Below are positions 47,491-56,298 of a stretch of 64,000 nucleotides of DNA, piece after piece. Source of the stretch: Chitinophagales bacterium. Lineage in GTDB: Bacteria; Bacteroidota; Bacteroidia; Chitinophagales; LD1. The position numbers and the translations under genes are program-made. The DNA is taken from positions 95-64,094 of the forward strand of contig DATGWP010000080.1 in assembly GCA_035299425.1 (NCBI GenBank), written 5' to 3'. A model generated the notes under the pieces. The model had not been told where the DNA came from. It ran no database searches and was given only the letters and a program-made list of their open reading frames with translations. Position 1 is the stretch's first letter. Each line of letters opens with the position of its first letter.

Positions 47491-49443
47491 CTACTGCTTA
47501 ACCGGAAAAGCGATTGTAAATTCGGGTTCAGGTATTTTGGCATAAACCATAGCCCCCCTTAGCTGGCGGGTAAGCTCGTACACCATGCGCAAGCCCAGGG
47601 TAGGAGATTTTTTTACATCGAAACCTTCGGGCATGCCGATACCATTATCGGCGTAATGCAGGGTACACAGACCGGTATTATCGCTGCTGATTTGTATTTT
47701 TATAAGGCCGCCTGCATGATTTATTTGGGCATACTTAATTGAGTTGGTAACCAACTCGTTTATAATAACCCCCAATGGGATAGATGTTTCAATATCTAAT
47801 GTAAGCTGAGGTGGCCTTATGCTACATTGTATTTGCACGGCAGAAGCGTTGAGGGCGCTTTTGAGATGCTGGCAAAGCTGCTGTATGTAATCCTGCAAAA
47901 GGATGGCTGTAAACTCCTGCTGCATGTATAATTTTTGGTGGATAAGGGCAATGCTTTTTATACGGTTGTGGCTATCGCGCAAGGCCTCCTTAGCAGCCGC
48001 ATCGGTTACCGTGTTGGCCTGCAGGTTAAGCAGGCTGCTTACAATTTGAAGGTTATTTTTTACCCGATGGTGAATTTCGCGCATCAGCATATCCTTGTCT
48101 TTGGACTGCTGCTCTATTAGGGCATTTTTTTCTGCCAGTTGCCGGTTGGTTTTATCCTTCTCTTTACCGGTTCGGAAAATGAGAAACACCACAACAGCAA
48201 ATAATAACGCCAGTAACGCAGCCAATAAAACACCTACGCGCAAATACCGGTTGTTCAGTTTAAGTATCTGAAGTTCCTGCGTTTTTTGCGTTGTTTGGTA
48301 TTGTACTTCCAGTTCGCGTTGTAACAGCTCGGCACGGGCCTGCACATTCGCTATACTTTTTTGCTGGTCATCATTAAATACCGAATCATTCCAGGCGCTG
48401 TACTGCGTAAAATATTCAAGCGACTGTTCATACTTCTTTTTCTTACGGGCAACCTCGCTAAGTATTTTGTATCCCTCGCGTATAAAAACACGGGCATTGT
48501 AAAACTGTGCATCGTGTAGCAGGCGCTTGCCCAGCACTTCGGCTTCGGCAGTTTTATTTTGTTTTAAGTAAAGGTTGCATAATGCCATTATAGGGTTAAG
48601 CACGTTAATGGGCCGTTTCAGACTATCGAACAAAGCTATTGCCTGCAATAACATTTGTTGTGCTTCTGCCGGCTTATCCATCTGCGCATATAATTCTCCC
48701 ACACCGGTTAGTGTCACTGCATATTCGTAGGCCCTTGTGCCGCTGCGGTTAGCAAAGTCAAGGGCTGCACTCATCATCACTTCAGCCGAATCTTTCCTGG
48801 CTGCCCGCATATATTCGCCGGCCATGTTGGTAGCTATCAGCCCGGCAAAAGCCAGATTATTGATAGCAGTAGCCTGCTGCATGGCTTGTGCATAATACTT
48901 TAAACAAAGCTGAGGCTCGCGCCCGGCAGCGCCATACACGGTGGCAATGTTATTGCAGCATGCGCCGATAGTGCGCTTATCGCCCGATTGTTCGGCAGCC
49001 TTTAATCCATCTAAATAATATTTAAGCGCGTTTTCGTAATCGGCATTGTCCTGGTACATTCCCGCTATCAGGCTTTTGCAGGCAGCTTCGTAGTACTTAT
49101 TGTTGGCGCGCTTTGCATAATCCAGACTACGGCTATACTGGTCCATTGCTTCGGGCAGGCGGTTTTGTATGGCCCGTATAAGTCCGCGTGTGCGGTACGC
49201 CTCTGCCAATAATACAAGCGAATCGCCCGCAGGGGCCAATCTTATCTCCTCACCCGTTAAGCGTAGCGCCTCTGCGGTATCTGTAAAAGCAAGTTTATAG
49301 GCTAATACACCACTGAGCCTTGCCTTTGCACTATCACTTTTTACGCTGATAAGTTGCCCGCGCAACTCTTCTACGGTTTGCGCATGTGCAGACACAATAG
49401 CAAACATAAGTAAGAGCCATGTATATATTTTAGGCAAGGTCAT
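47491..49443 (-). CDS. Sensor histidine kinase: extracytoplasmic TPR domain, one TM helix, HisKA_2-type kinase (HK2)
   Basis: 650 aa with the signal MTLPKIYTWLLLMFAIVSAHAQ. TPR-like repeats are followed by the TM helix LRVGVLLAALLALLFAVVVFLIF. The H-box is IHHRVKNNLQIVSSLLNLQ, followed by an ATPase domain. Confidence 0.85.
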   Translation of the reverse strand: MTLPKIYTWLLLMFAIVSAHAQTVEELRGQLISVKSDSAKARLSGVLAYKLAFTDTAEALRLTGEEIRLAPAGDSLVLLAEAYRTRGLIRAIQNRLPEAMDQYSRSLDYAKRANNKYYEAACKSLIAGMYQDNADYENALKYYLDGLKAAEQSGDKRTIGACCNNIATVYGAAGREPQLCLKYYAQAMQQATAINNLAFAGLIATNMAGEYMRAARKDSAEVMMSAALDFANRSGTRAYEYAVTLTGVGELYAQMDKPAEAQQMLLQAIALFDSLKRPINVLNPIMALCNLYLKQNKTAEAEVLGKRLLHDAQFYNARVFIREGYKILSEVARKKKKYEQSLEYFTQYSAWNDSVFNDDQQKSIANVQARAELLQRELEVQYQTTQKTQELQILKLNNRYLRVGVLLAALLALLFAVVVFLIFRTGKEKDKTNRQLAEKNALIEQQSKDKDMLMREIHHRVKNNLQIVSSLLNLQANTVTDAAAKEALRDSHNRIKSIALIHQKLYMQQEFTAILLQDYIQQLCQHLKSALNASAVQIQCSIRPPQLTLDIETSIPLGVIINELVTNSIKYAQINHAGGLIKIQISSDNTGLCTLHYADNGIGMPEGFDVKKSPTLGLRMVYELTRQLRGAMVYAKIPEPEFTIAFPVKQ

Positions 49444-49463
49444 AGTTATTCAATATGCAACAT

Positions 49464-49507
49464 GCAGCAACTTTAGCTATGGTTCAACTTTATGGTATGA
49501 AAAGCAG
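49464..49507 (-). promoter_or_regulatory. Conserved two-box motif, copy 2, between RR2 and HK2
   Basis: On the plus strand, GCAGCAACT (49464..49472) is followed after 21 nt by GGTATGAAAAGCAG (49494..49507). The exact 8-mer CAACTTTA occurs twice, 17 nt apart (49468 and 49485). Confidence 0.5.
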
Positions 49508-49536
49508 TATAGGTGGTACAAAATACATTGCGGGCA

Positions 49537-50262
49537 TTATTGCACACGTTTTAACCGTTCGAAAAGCTCATCTTTAAAATTGCGGCTAAGCGGAATAGAG
49601 GCTTTGTTCATCACTACTTCGGTATGCGAAAAGGACTCTATTTTTTTAAGGTTAACGATATAGCTTTTGTGCACCTGCATAAAATCGTTTACAGGCAGGT
49701 TGGCCATAAAATCGCGAAAGCTGGAACGCACAATGTGTTTTGCCTTTTCTGTAACCAGGTACAAATAGTTGTGATCGCTCTCCAGCCAGAGTATATCGGC
49801 TACGTTTACTTTTACAAAATGCGTATCGGTTTTTACAAACAGGCTATCGTTTACTATGCCCACCGGGCCGGTTTGCTCTACCTTGCTGCCGGTAAATGAT
49901 GCAAGGGCCACTTCTATACTTGCAAACAGGTCTTGCTGCGAAAAGGGTTTAATTAAATACCCATTGGGCAATGTTGCCGCTGCTTTGGTCACCGTATCCT
50001 TATCGCTATAGGAAGTAATAAAAATAAGAGGCAACTTATACTTGCTGCGAATCAGTTGCGCAAAATCAATTCCCGATTTACCGCTGCCTAAATTTATATC
50101 GGATAAAACAATATCGGGCTTTTCTGCTTCCATGCGGCTTACCGCCTCTTCATAACTATAGGCCGGGTCCAGCACTTCGTAGCCAATCTGGGTTAGCATA
50201 GCCGCCATATCCATAGCTACCAGCGCTTCATCTTCTACAATCAATATTCTCACTTCGCTCAT
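49537..50262 (-). CDS. Response regulator, REC + LytTR DNA-binding domain (RR2)
   Basis: ORF 49537..50337, with the start moved to ATG 50262 (MSEVRILIVEDE...). The discarded N-terminal extension covers the terminator of the upstream giant gene. The LytTR-like C-terminus reads ...FMQVHKSYIVNLKKI.... Confidence 0.88.
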   Translation of the reverse strand: MSEVRILIVEDEALVAMDMAAMLTQIGYEVLDPAYSYEEAVSRMEAEKPDIVLSDINLGSGKSGIDFAQLIRSKYKLPLIFITSYSDKDTVTKAAATLPNGYLIKPFSQQDLFASIEVALASFTGSKVEQTGPVGIVNDSLFVKTDTHFVKVNVADILWLESDHNYLYLVTEKAKHIVRSSFRDFMANLPVNDFMQVHKSYIVNLKKIESFSHTEVVMNKASIPLSRNFKDELFERLKRVQ

Positions 50263-50296
50263 GTAGAAGTCAATATAGAAAAATACCGGCATTACA

Positions 50297-50370
50297 TAAA
50301 AAATCCCCCTCTGCTTTGCGCAAAGGGGGACAAACAAAACTCAATCACCCCTGCCAGGCAGAGGTGATTG
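50297..50370 (-). terminator. Tandem terminator hairpins of the 1930-aa gene
   Basis: One hairpin is AATCACCCCTGCC/GGCAGAGGTGATT, at about 50344..50370. The other is TCCCCCT/AGGGGGA (50304..50330) followed by a T-run on the minus strand. The second is homologous to the terminator at 33892..33925. Confidence 0.75.
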
Positions 50371-50378
50371 TTCTTCTC

Positions 50379-53300
50379 TTAGTCTTTTACAAAAGATGTC
50401 CTGACAACACCGTTTGCAGTTTGAATGCTTAGCATATAGGTGCCCTGCGCCAGGGTGCTTACCTGCAGGCGGTTAACAGGTCCGTGTTCAATCAGCACCT
50501 TTTCACCCAATACATTGTAAACATCCACCCCCTGTATCATAACATCGCTGCTTATAAACAATACATCGGCAGCAGGGTTAGGATAAACCTTAACGGATGT
50601 ACCTGCCAGGTTTTCGATACCTGATATAATAACGTTTACCTCTGCAGAAGTTCCGGTGCATCCATCGGCATTTGTAACCTCTACTTTGTAATTGCCGGTT
50701 TGTGTAGCGGTATATGATTGCTGCGTAGCTGTGTTTATTATACTGTTATTAAAATACCATTGATAAACTGAGCTGGTAACACTACTGGTAAGCACCGCGC
50801 CGTTTTGCTGAATAACAGGTTCCGGTGTGGCGTTTATCACCACTACAGCTTCGGCAGATGTATCCGCCCCGCAGGTACCTGTTACAGCTACCTTGTAAGT
50901 GCCGGCATCGGCAAGTACAGTGTTGCCTACGGCATAAGCACTTACTGCTGAGCTGACAATGACCGCGTTATCTTTAATCCACTCGTAAACCAGGTTGCTG
51001 CCATCGGCGGTAACATCCAGGCTAAAGCCTAAGCCCGAGCAAACGGTAGTTGAAGCAACCGGCTGAGTAGTGATAGAAGTTGCCTGCCCCAAAGCAAGTT
51101 CCAGTGTAACTACGCTATCGCAGCTTTGTACCGAAGTAAGCGTATCATAATAAGTGCCTGCCTGTGTAAGTATGTCGCCGTTAAAATCGTAGCTATCGCC
51201 TGCGCAAATAGTCTGGCTAATGGTAGTAGCCACAGGTGCAAGCACCGTAAGGTTTAGTGTAATTACGCTATCGCAACCTACAGCGTTGGCAATAGTACGT
51301 GTGTAAACACCTGATGCAGTTATACTGTTGCCATCAAAAGTAAATGACTCGCCATTGCAGATAGTCTGGCTGAATGTGCTGGCCGATGGCTGTAATACTT
51401 CTACAGTATGCGATGCACTTGCCGAGCAGTTAGCGCCCAGCGATGCAGTTACCGTATAAGTACTGGTAGCCGATGGCGAAACAGTAACTGCGGCATTAGT
51501 ACCCAGGTTATTGCTCCAGCTATAGGTATTGCCCCCATTGGCAGTAAGCGTTACGCTTTCTCCCGCGCATACAGTTGTTGAACCGGTAATACTTGCCGTA
51601 GGACCACTCTGCACACTAATAGTCTGGCTGGCGGTGGCGGTGCATCCGCTCAAGGTAGCCGTTACCGTGTAAGTAGTAGCTGCCGATGGCGTAACAGTGA
51701 TGGCCGCAGTAGTTTCGTTGTTGCTCCAGTTATAGGTAGTGCCACCGGTTGCCGTTAAGGTAGCTGATAGGCCCGCACAAATGGCCGTTGGTCCGTTAAT
51801 AGATGCATTTACAGCTATTACACTAACCGCTTGCGAGGCAGTAGCCGAGCAGTTACCCGCACCGGTTACAGTTACAGTATAAGTAGTAGTGGCCGATGGG
51901 GTGAAAGTGGCGGCTGCATTGTTGCCACCGCTATTGCTCCAGGCGTAAATGCCGTTACCCGTTGCAGTAAGTGTTACTGGCTGACCGGCGCACACAGATG
52001 AAGCACCACTAATGGAAGCAATTGGCAGAGGATTAACCGTGATAGTAGCAGATGCAGTGGCTGAACAGTTATTAGCGTTAGAAACAGTAACCGTGTAGGT
52101 AGTAGTAGTGGCTGGTGCAACTGCCTGGCTGGATGCAGTGCCCAGGTTATTGCTCCACGCATAGGTGCTTCCGCCACTGGCATTAAGCGTTGTAGATACC
52201 CCCGCACATACCGTAGCCGAAGCCGGGCTAACTGCTGCGGTAGGATTGCTGTAAGCACTCACTAATTGCGAAGCAGTGGCGGAGCAAGTACCGTTTGTAA
52301 CGGTTACGCTATAGGTAGTGTTGGCTGATGGCGAAACAGTAACTGCGGCATTGTTGCCCAAGCCATTGCTCCACGTATACGTGCTGCCACCGGTTGCTGT
52401 AAGCGTTGTAGAGCCGCCAGGGCACACACCAAAGGCACCCGTAATACCTGCTGTAATTCCGTTGCTTACTGTAACTGCTACCGTATTGGATGTAACCGTG
52501 CCGCAACTGCCTGTAATTACTACGTGGTAGTTGCCCGCATTGGCAGCAGTAGCATTAGCTACACTGTAAGTAGCCGATGTAGCTCCATTAATATTCTGGC
52601 CGCCTTTGCGCCATTGGTAGGTGGTGTTATTACCTGCACTACCGGTTACTGATAAGCTAAACGGACCATTTACGCATACAGTTTGTGCAACGGGCTGTTG
52701 CGTTATAGCCGCTGATGAAATTACTGTAACAGTTGCCGCTGGCGAAGTAATGCTACCGCACGTGCCGGTTGCTGTAACTGTATAACTGCCGCTATCGCTT
52801 AAGGCAGCCGCAGGTATAGTGAAAGTGCTGTTGGTTGCATTTGCTATAACCACGTTGTTCTTCTTCCATACATAAGTGATAGTGCCTGCACCCGATGGAA
52901 CGCAGACTAATTCTATCTGTGTACCGGAGCACACTGTTTGCGATGCCGGGGTTTGGACAAAACTTGTGCTACCCAATACCGAAAGGCTGGCAGCATTAGA
53001 TGTGGTGCTACCACATGTACCAGTAACCGAAACAGAGTAATTGCCTATATCGCCTGCGGCTGTATTTAAAATAGTTAATGTGCTGGTAGTGGTGCCGGCA
53101 TAGTGGCCGTTATCGTTTATAGCCGTATTGCCCTTGCGCCATTGGTAAGTAAGCAGACCGGTACCGGTGGCAGTTACCGCAAATGTAGTGGTTGAATCCT
53201 GGCAGGTAGATGTGGCCTGTGGCTGCACCATAATGGCAGTAACAGGATTGACAGTAAGCAGGGCTGCGTTGGATGTTTGCGGCCCGCAGGTAGAGGTCAT

Positions 53301-56171
53301 TACGCAGGTATAACTACCGCTATCGGCTGCTGTAACCGAAGCAATATTATAAGAAGCGCCGGTGGCGTCGCTGATGTTTACGCCGTTTTTCTTCCACTGG
53401 TAAGTACCGCTGCCACCTGTAATAGCAATTGAGAAGCCAGCCGGCTGTCCGGGACACACCGTTACATTTTGCGGGTGCGATGATATAGTAGCGCCGGCAG
53501 CAATACCCAAAGTTGCGCTATAAGTTTCGCTGTTGTAGCAGGCATTGCTGATAACACAGGTATAAGTACCGGTATCGGTAGAGGCTACAGTGTTTATAGT
53601 ATAAGTTGCGTTGGTAGCACCGTTAATTAATGCGCCATTCTTTTTCCATTGGTAAGTAAGCCCGCTTTCATAACCGGCAGCTGTAAAGCTGGCCGTAGCG
53701 CCTATACACGCAGTAGTGTTAACCGGATTGCGGGTAATAGAAGGTAATTGGGCTACTAATCCGATTTCGGATTCGGTTAATGCGCGGTTGTAAATGCGTA
53801 TTTCATCCATAAAACCGTTCAGGGTATTAGCGCCACTTTGGTCAGCACCAAAACGTAATGGCGCCGTGTTGTTTGCAATGTTACCGGTAGCGGCAGTGCT
53901 TAACACCAAAGCGCCATTGATATATATTTTAACGGTAGCGCCATCGTACGTGCAAACTGCGTGGTACCAAGTGCTGCTGTTTAGCACTGGAGTAGTATGG
54001 TACGCATTACCCAGTATAATTACACGCAGGCGCGATTGATACAAATCCATTAAAAAGTTATTCGAACTGTTTTTATCTATCAACCGCTGGCTGCCGGCAA
54101 TCACATTTGATTTAAACCAGCAGGCTATGGTAATTTGATTGGTAAAGGAAGCAATAGCAGGATTGGAACCTATAGTAAGATAACTGCCGCCGCCTGGAAA
54201 ACTAAAGGCATCGAAACCATTGCCGTTACGGTCTGGCCCAGAGGTCATACCACCGGTTATACCGGGGTTGCCCATATTACTGGCGCTGAAATCTTTATAA
54301 AATTCGCCATTGATATTTACGGCGGGGTAATAAGCTACCAACCCGGTGCTGCTTACAGGTGCTGCCGGCATGCGGGTAAGTAATGCAGGATTTGAAGTAA
54401 CAGTACCGCAGGTATTTGTTGCAATTAATGTATACGCACCGGTATCGGCTAATGTGGCGTTATTAATTGTGAGTGTGGTTGTAGTAGCGCCATTTACATC
54501 AACACCGTTTTTCTGCCATTGGTAAGTATTATTGCTACCGTTTACAGCAGCTGTAAAGGTTATGTTTTGTGTGCCACAAATAGTAGCGCTTACAGGTTGT
54601 ACGCTAAAACCCGGCTCGCAACCCAGCTTAATTAAAAAGCCATTGTTGTTTACTGTGCTTATAGGCGATAGGGTGCCGGCTGTAAGATTATTGGCGTGGG
54701 TACCGGCCAGATAAACAACATTGCCCGAAATAGCAATACCTCCCGTTGTGGTATTATTGCCCTGGCTGTTAGTATTGTTTGCCCCCTCGCGGATGTAATA
54801 ATTATTGGCCCACACTGCAGAGGTGCCAGAGGCATAAGTCAGTTTATATACTAATATACCCGGGTAAGCATCAAGATTGCCTAAACTACCGCCAGGATAT
54901 GAAGGATTATAACTCCATGGAAAGCCACCTGCAGTTGCATGTCCGCCAACAGCTGCCCATATATTGCCATCTGTATCAAACCCTATGCCCTTGCCCGATA
55001 ATACACGGCCGGCACCCGAAGTAGTTGATACGGTATTTTGCCATGGACTGGCGAAGGATGCATTAAACCCACCAAACTGTATATAGGAAGCATTGCCGCC
55101 GTAACCAACCTCAAGCATATACGCCAGTTGTCCGTTTGGTTTTACAGCCAGGCCTTTAAACCGGTTAGTTACACCGGTGTTGCCAACCGATTGCGTACCC
55201 TGGTATACAAGGCTCGCGTTCAGTTTAATAATAATACCATAGCCATATATAGTACTGTTAATTTGCTGCCCGCCACCATTGTATTGCAGCGTTGTATATG
55301 AGCCCGATACGCTGGTTGCCATAAAAACATTTCCGTTTGCATCGGTACGTATTTCATCTATAAACTCCTGCCCAAAGCCGGCCTCGGCACCGTAGCGATA
55401 AAAATCTACCATGGCACCATTGGTATTGGTTATACGGCCATACCAGGTTTCGTAAAAATTAGTATTGTTTGCCGAGCCCATATTTACATTGGTGCCCGAC
55501 CCCGGATTGCGGTAATTAAAGTTTTGTGTAGAGGCGCTGGCCAGGTTATTGGTATTTACACTTGCACCAAAGTATACATAGCCCGTAAAGGCATCGTGGC
55601 ATATAACCATATTGGCTACATCGCCGGCACCTGAATATCCCATGCTATGTGTAAACTGGGCTACACCACCGCTGTTTAGTTTTACAATAAAGCCGTTAAT
55701 GCTACCTATATTGCTGATGGCAGTATTTGTATTACCAATATCAAAGGTTGTAGTAACACCATTGCCTGATGCATCGGTACCGGCGTAATAAACATTGCCG
55801 CTGGCATCTACAGCAATTGCAGTAGGCGTTAAGTAGGCAAAGCTGCCGTAAGTGGGGGTATGCACCCACTGCGGCACACCGGCCGGGTTGAACTTAGCCA
55901 CAAAGCAGCCCCGCATATTGGTATTGCCCATGGCTGGCAGCACCGTGCTGCCAATGGTTAACGTAGAGTTGTAATGCCCGCATACGTAAGTGTTGCCCGC
56001 CGCATCAGCTACTACATCGGTAAAATTTTCGAGCGAGCCGCCGCTGATGGTATTAGCCCACGTAAAACTTTGCGCGTAGCCGGAATTAAAAGCAAACAGC
56101 GCCAGGCAGAAAAGCAATACGAGGGGCATTGTTGTTTTTCGCCTTGTTTGCTTAAAGAATAAATTTTTCAT
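50379..56171 (-). CDS. Giant T9SS-tailed surface protein: beta-propeller-like repeats, LamG/ConA-like lectin domain, about 7 I-set-like Ig domains, 5 tandem Ig-like Cys repeats, 2 CDS modules and a T9SS C-terminal domain
   Basis: ORF 50379..56201, with the start moved to ATG 56171 (MKNLFFKQTRRKTTMPLVLLFCLALFAFNSGYAQ). The LamG-like stretch is ...ITIACWFKS...WYHAVCTYDG..VKIYINGAL...LRFG...FNGFMDEIRIYNRAL. The tail is VYPNPAADVLFISS.... The C-terminal ~800 aa is collinear with that of the 33973..40467 gene. Confidence 0.85.
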   Translation of the reverse strand: MKNLFFKQTRRKTTMPLVLLFCLALFAFNSGYAQSFTWANTISGGSLENFTDVVADAAGNTYVCGHYNSTLTIGSTVLPAMGNTNMRGCFVAKFNPAGVPQWVHTPTYGSFAYLTPTAIAVDASGNVYYAGTDASGNGVTTTFDIGNTNTAISNIGSINGFIVKLNSGGVAQFTHSMGYSGAGDVANMVICHDAFTGYVYFGASVNTNNLASASTQNFNYRNPGSGTNVNMGSANNTNFYETWYGRITNTNGAMVDFYRYGAEAGFGQEFIDEIRTDANGNVFMATSVSGSYTTLQYNGGGQQINSTIYGYGIIIKLNASLVYQGTQSVGNTGVTNRFKGLAVKPNGQLAYMLEVGYGGNASYIQFGGFNASFASPWQNTVSTTSGAGRVLSGKGIGFDTDGNIWAAVGGHATAGGFPWSYNPSYPGGSLGNLDAYPGILVYKLTYASGTSAVWANNYYIREGANNTNSQGNNTTTGGIAISGNVVYLAGTHANNLTAGTLSPISTVNNNGFLIKLGCEPGFSVQPVSATICGTQNITFTAAVNGSNNTYQWQKNGVDVNGATTTTLTINNATLADTGAYTLIATNTCGTVTSNPALLTRMPAAPVSSTGLVAYYPAVNINGEFYKDFSASNMGNPGITGGMTSGPDRNGNGFDAFSFPGGGSYLTIGSNPAIASFTNQITIACWFKSNVIAGSQRLIDKNSSNNFLMDLYQSRLRVIILGNAYHTTPVLNSSTWYHAVCTYDGATVKIYINGALVLSTAATGNIANNTAPLRFGADQSGANTLNGFMDEIRIYNRALTESEIGLVAQLPSITRNPVNTTACIGATASFTAAGYESGLTYQWKKNGALINGATNATYTINTVASTDTGTYTCVISNACYNSETYSATLGIAAGATISSHPQNVTVCPGQPAGFSIAITGGSGTYQWKKNGVNISDATGASYNIASVTAADSGSYTCVMTSTCGPQTSNAALLTVNPVTAIMVQPQATSTCQDSTTTFAVTATGTGLLTYQWRKGNTAINDNGHYAGTTTSTLTILNTAAGDIGNYSVSVTGTCGSTTSNAASLSVLGSTSFVQTPASQTVCSGTQIELVCVPSGAGTITYVWKKNNVVIANATNSTFTIPAAALSDSGSYTVTATGTCGSITSPAATVTVISSAAITQQPVAQTVCVNGPFSLSVTGSAGNNTTYQWRKGGQNINGATSATYSVANATAANAGNYHVVITGSCGTVTSNTVAVTVSNGITAGITGAFGVCPGGSTTLTATGGSTYTWSNGLGNNAAVTVSPSANTTYSVTVTNGTCSATASQLVSAYSNPTAAVSPASATVCAGVSTTLNASGGSTYAWSNNLGTASSQAVAPATTTTYTVTVSNANNCSATASATITVNPLPIASISGASSVCAGQPVTLTATGNGIYAWSNSGGNNAAATFTPSATTTYTVTVTGAGNCSATASQAVSVIAVNASINGPTAICAGLSATLTATGGTTYNWSNNETTAAITVTPSAATTYTVTATLSGCTATASQTISVQSGPTASITGSTTVCAGESVTLTANGGNTYSWSNNLGTNAAVTVSPSATSTYTVTASLGANCSASASHTVEVLQPSASTFSQTICNGESFTFDGNSITASGVYTRTIANAVGCDSVITLNLTVLAPVATTISQTICAGDSYDFNGDILTQAGTYYDTLTSVQSCDSVVTLELALGQATSITTQPVASTTVCSGLGFSLDVTADGSNLVYEWIKDNAVIVSSAVSAYAVGNTVLADAGTYKVAVTGTCGADTSAEAVVVINATPEPVIQQNGAVLTSSVTSSVYQWYFNNSIINTATQQSYTATQTGNYKVEVTNADGCTGTSAEVNVIISGIENLAGTSVKVYPNPAADVLFISSDVMIQGVDVYNVLGEKVLIEHGPVNRLQVSTLAQGTYMLSIQTANGVVRTSFVKD
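51400..52475 (-). repeat. Five tandem copies of the same ~215-bp repeat family in the second giant gene
   Basis: Protein repeats begin GITAGITGAFGVCPGGSTTLTATGGSTYTWSNGLGNNAAVTVSP... and end ...LGANCSASASHTVEV. The WSN signature recurs near 51510, 51722, 51935, 52150 and 52368. Confidence 0.8.
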
Positions 56172-56298
56172 AACGATTGAATTTTGTTTGAGCGCAAACA
56201 TCCTTCAAGCACGCCCTGTATTCCAGGCAACTTCATAAACGGTAGGTTTGAGTATATGAATGGTAAATAGCTATGTAGTCATATGCTATATTTGCCGC

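Noticed and set aside
50263-50337. N-terminal extension of the RR2 ORF (MFVPLCAKQRGIFYVMPVFFYIDFY...).
   Set aside because: It overlaps the terminator of the 1930-aa gene. The receiver domain starts at MSEVRILIVEDE, as it does in RR1 and RR3.
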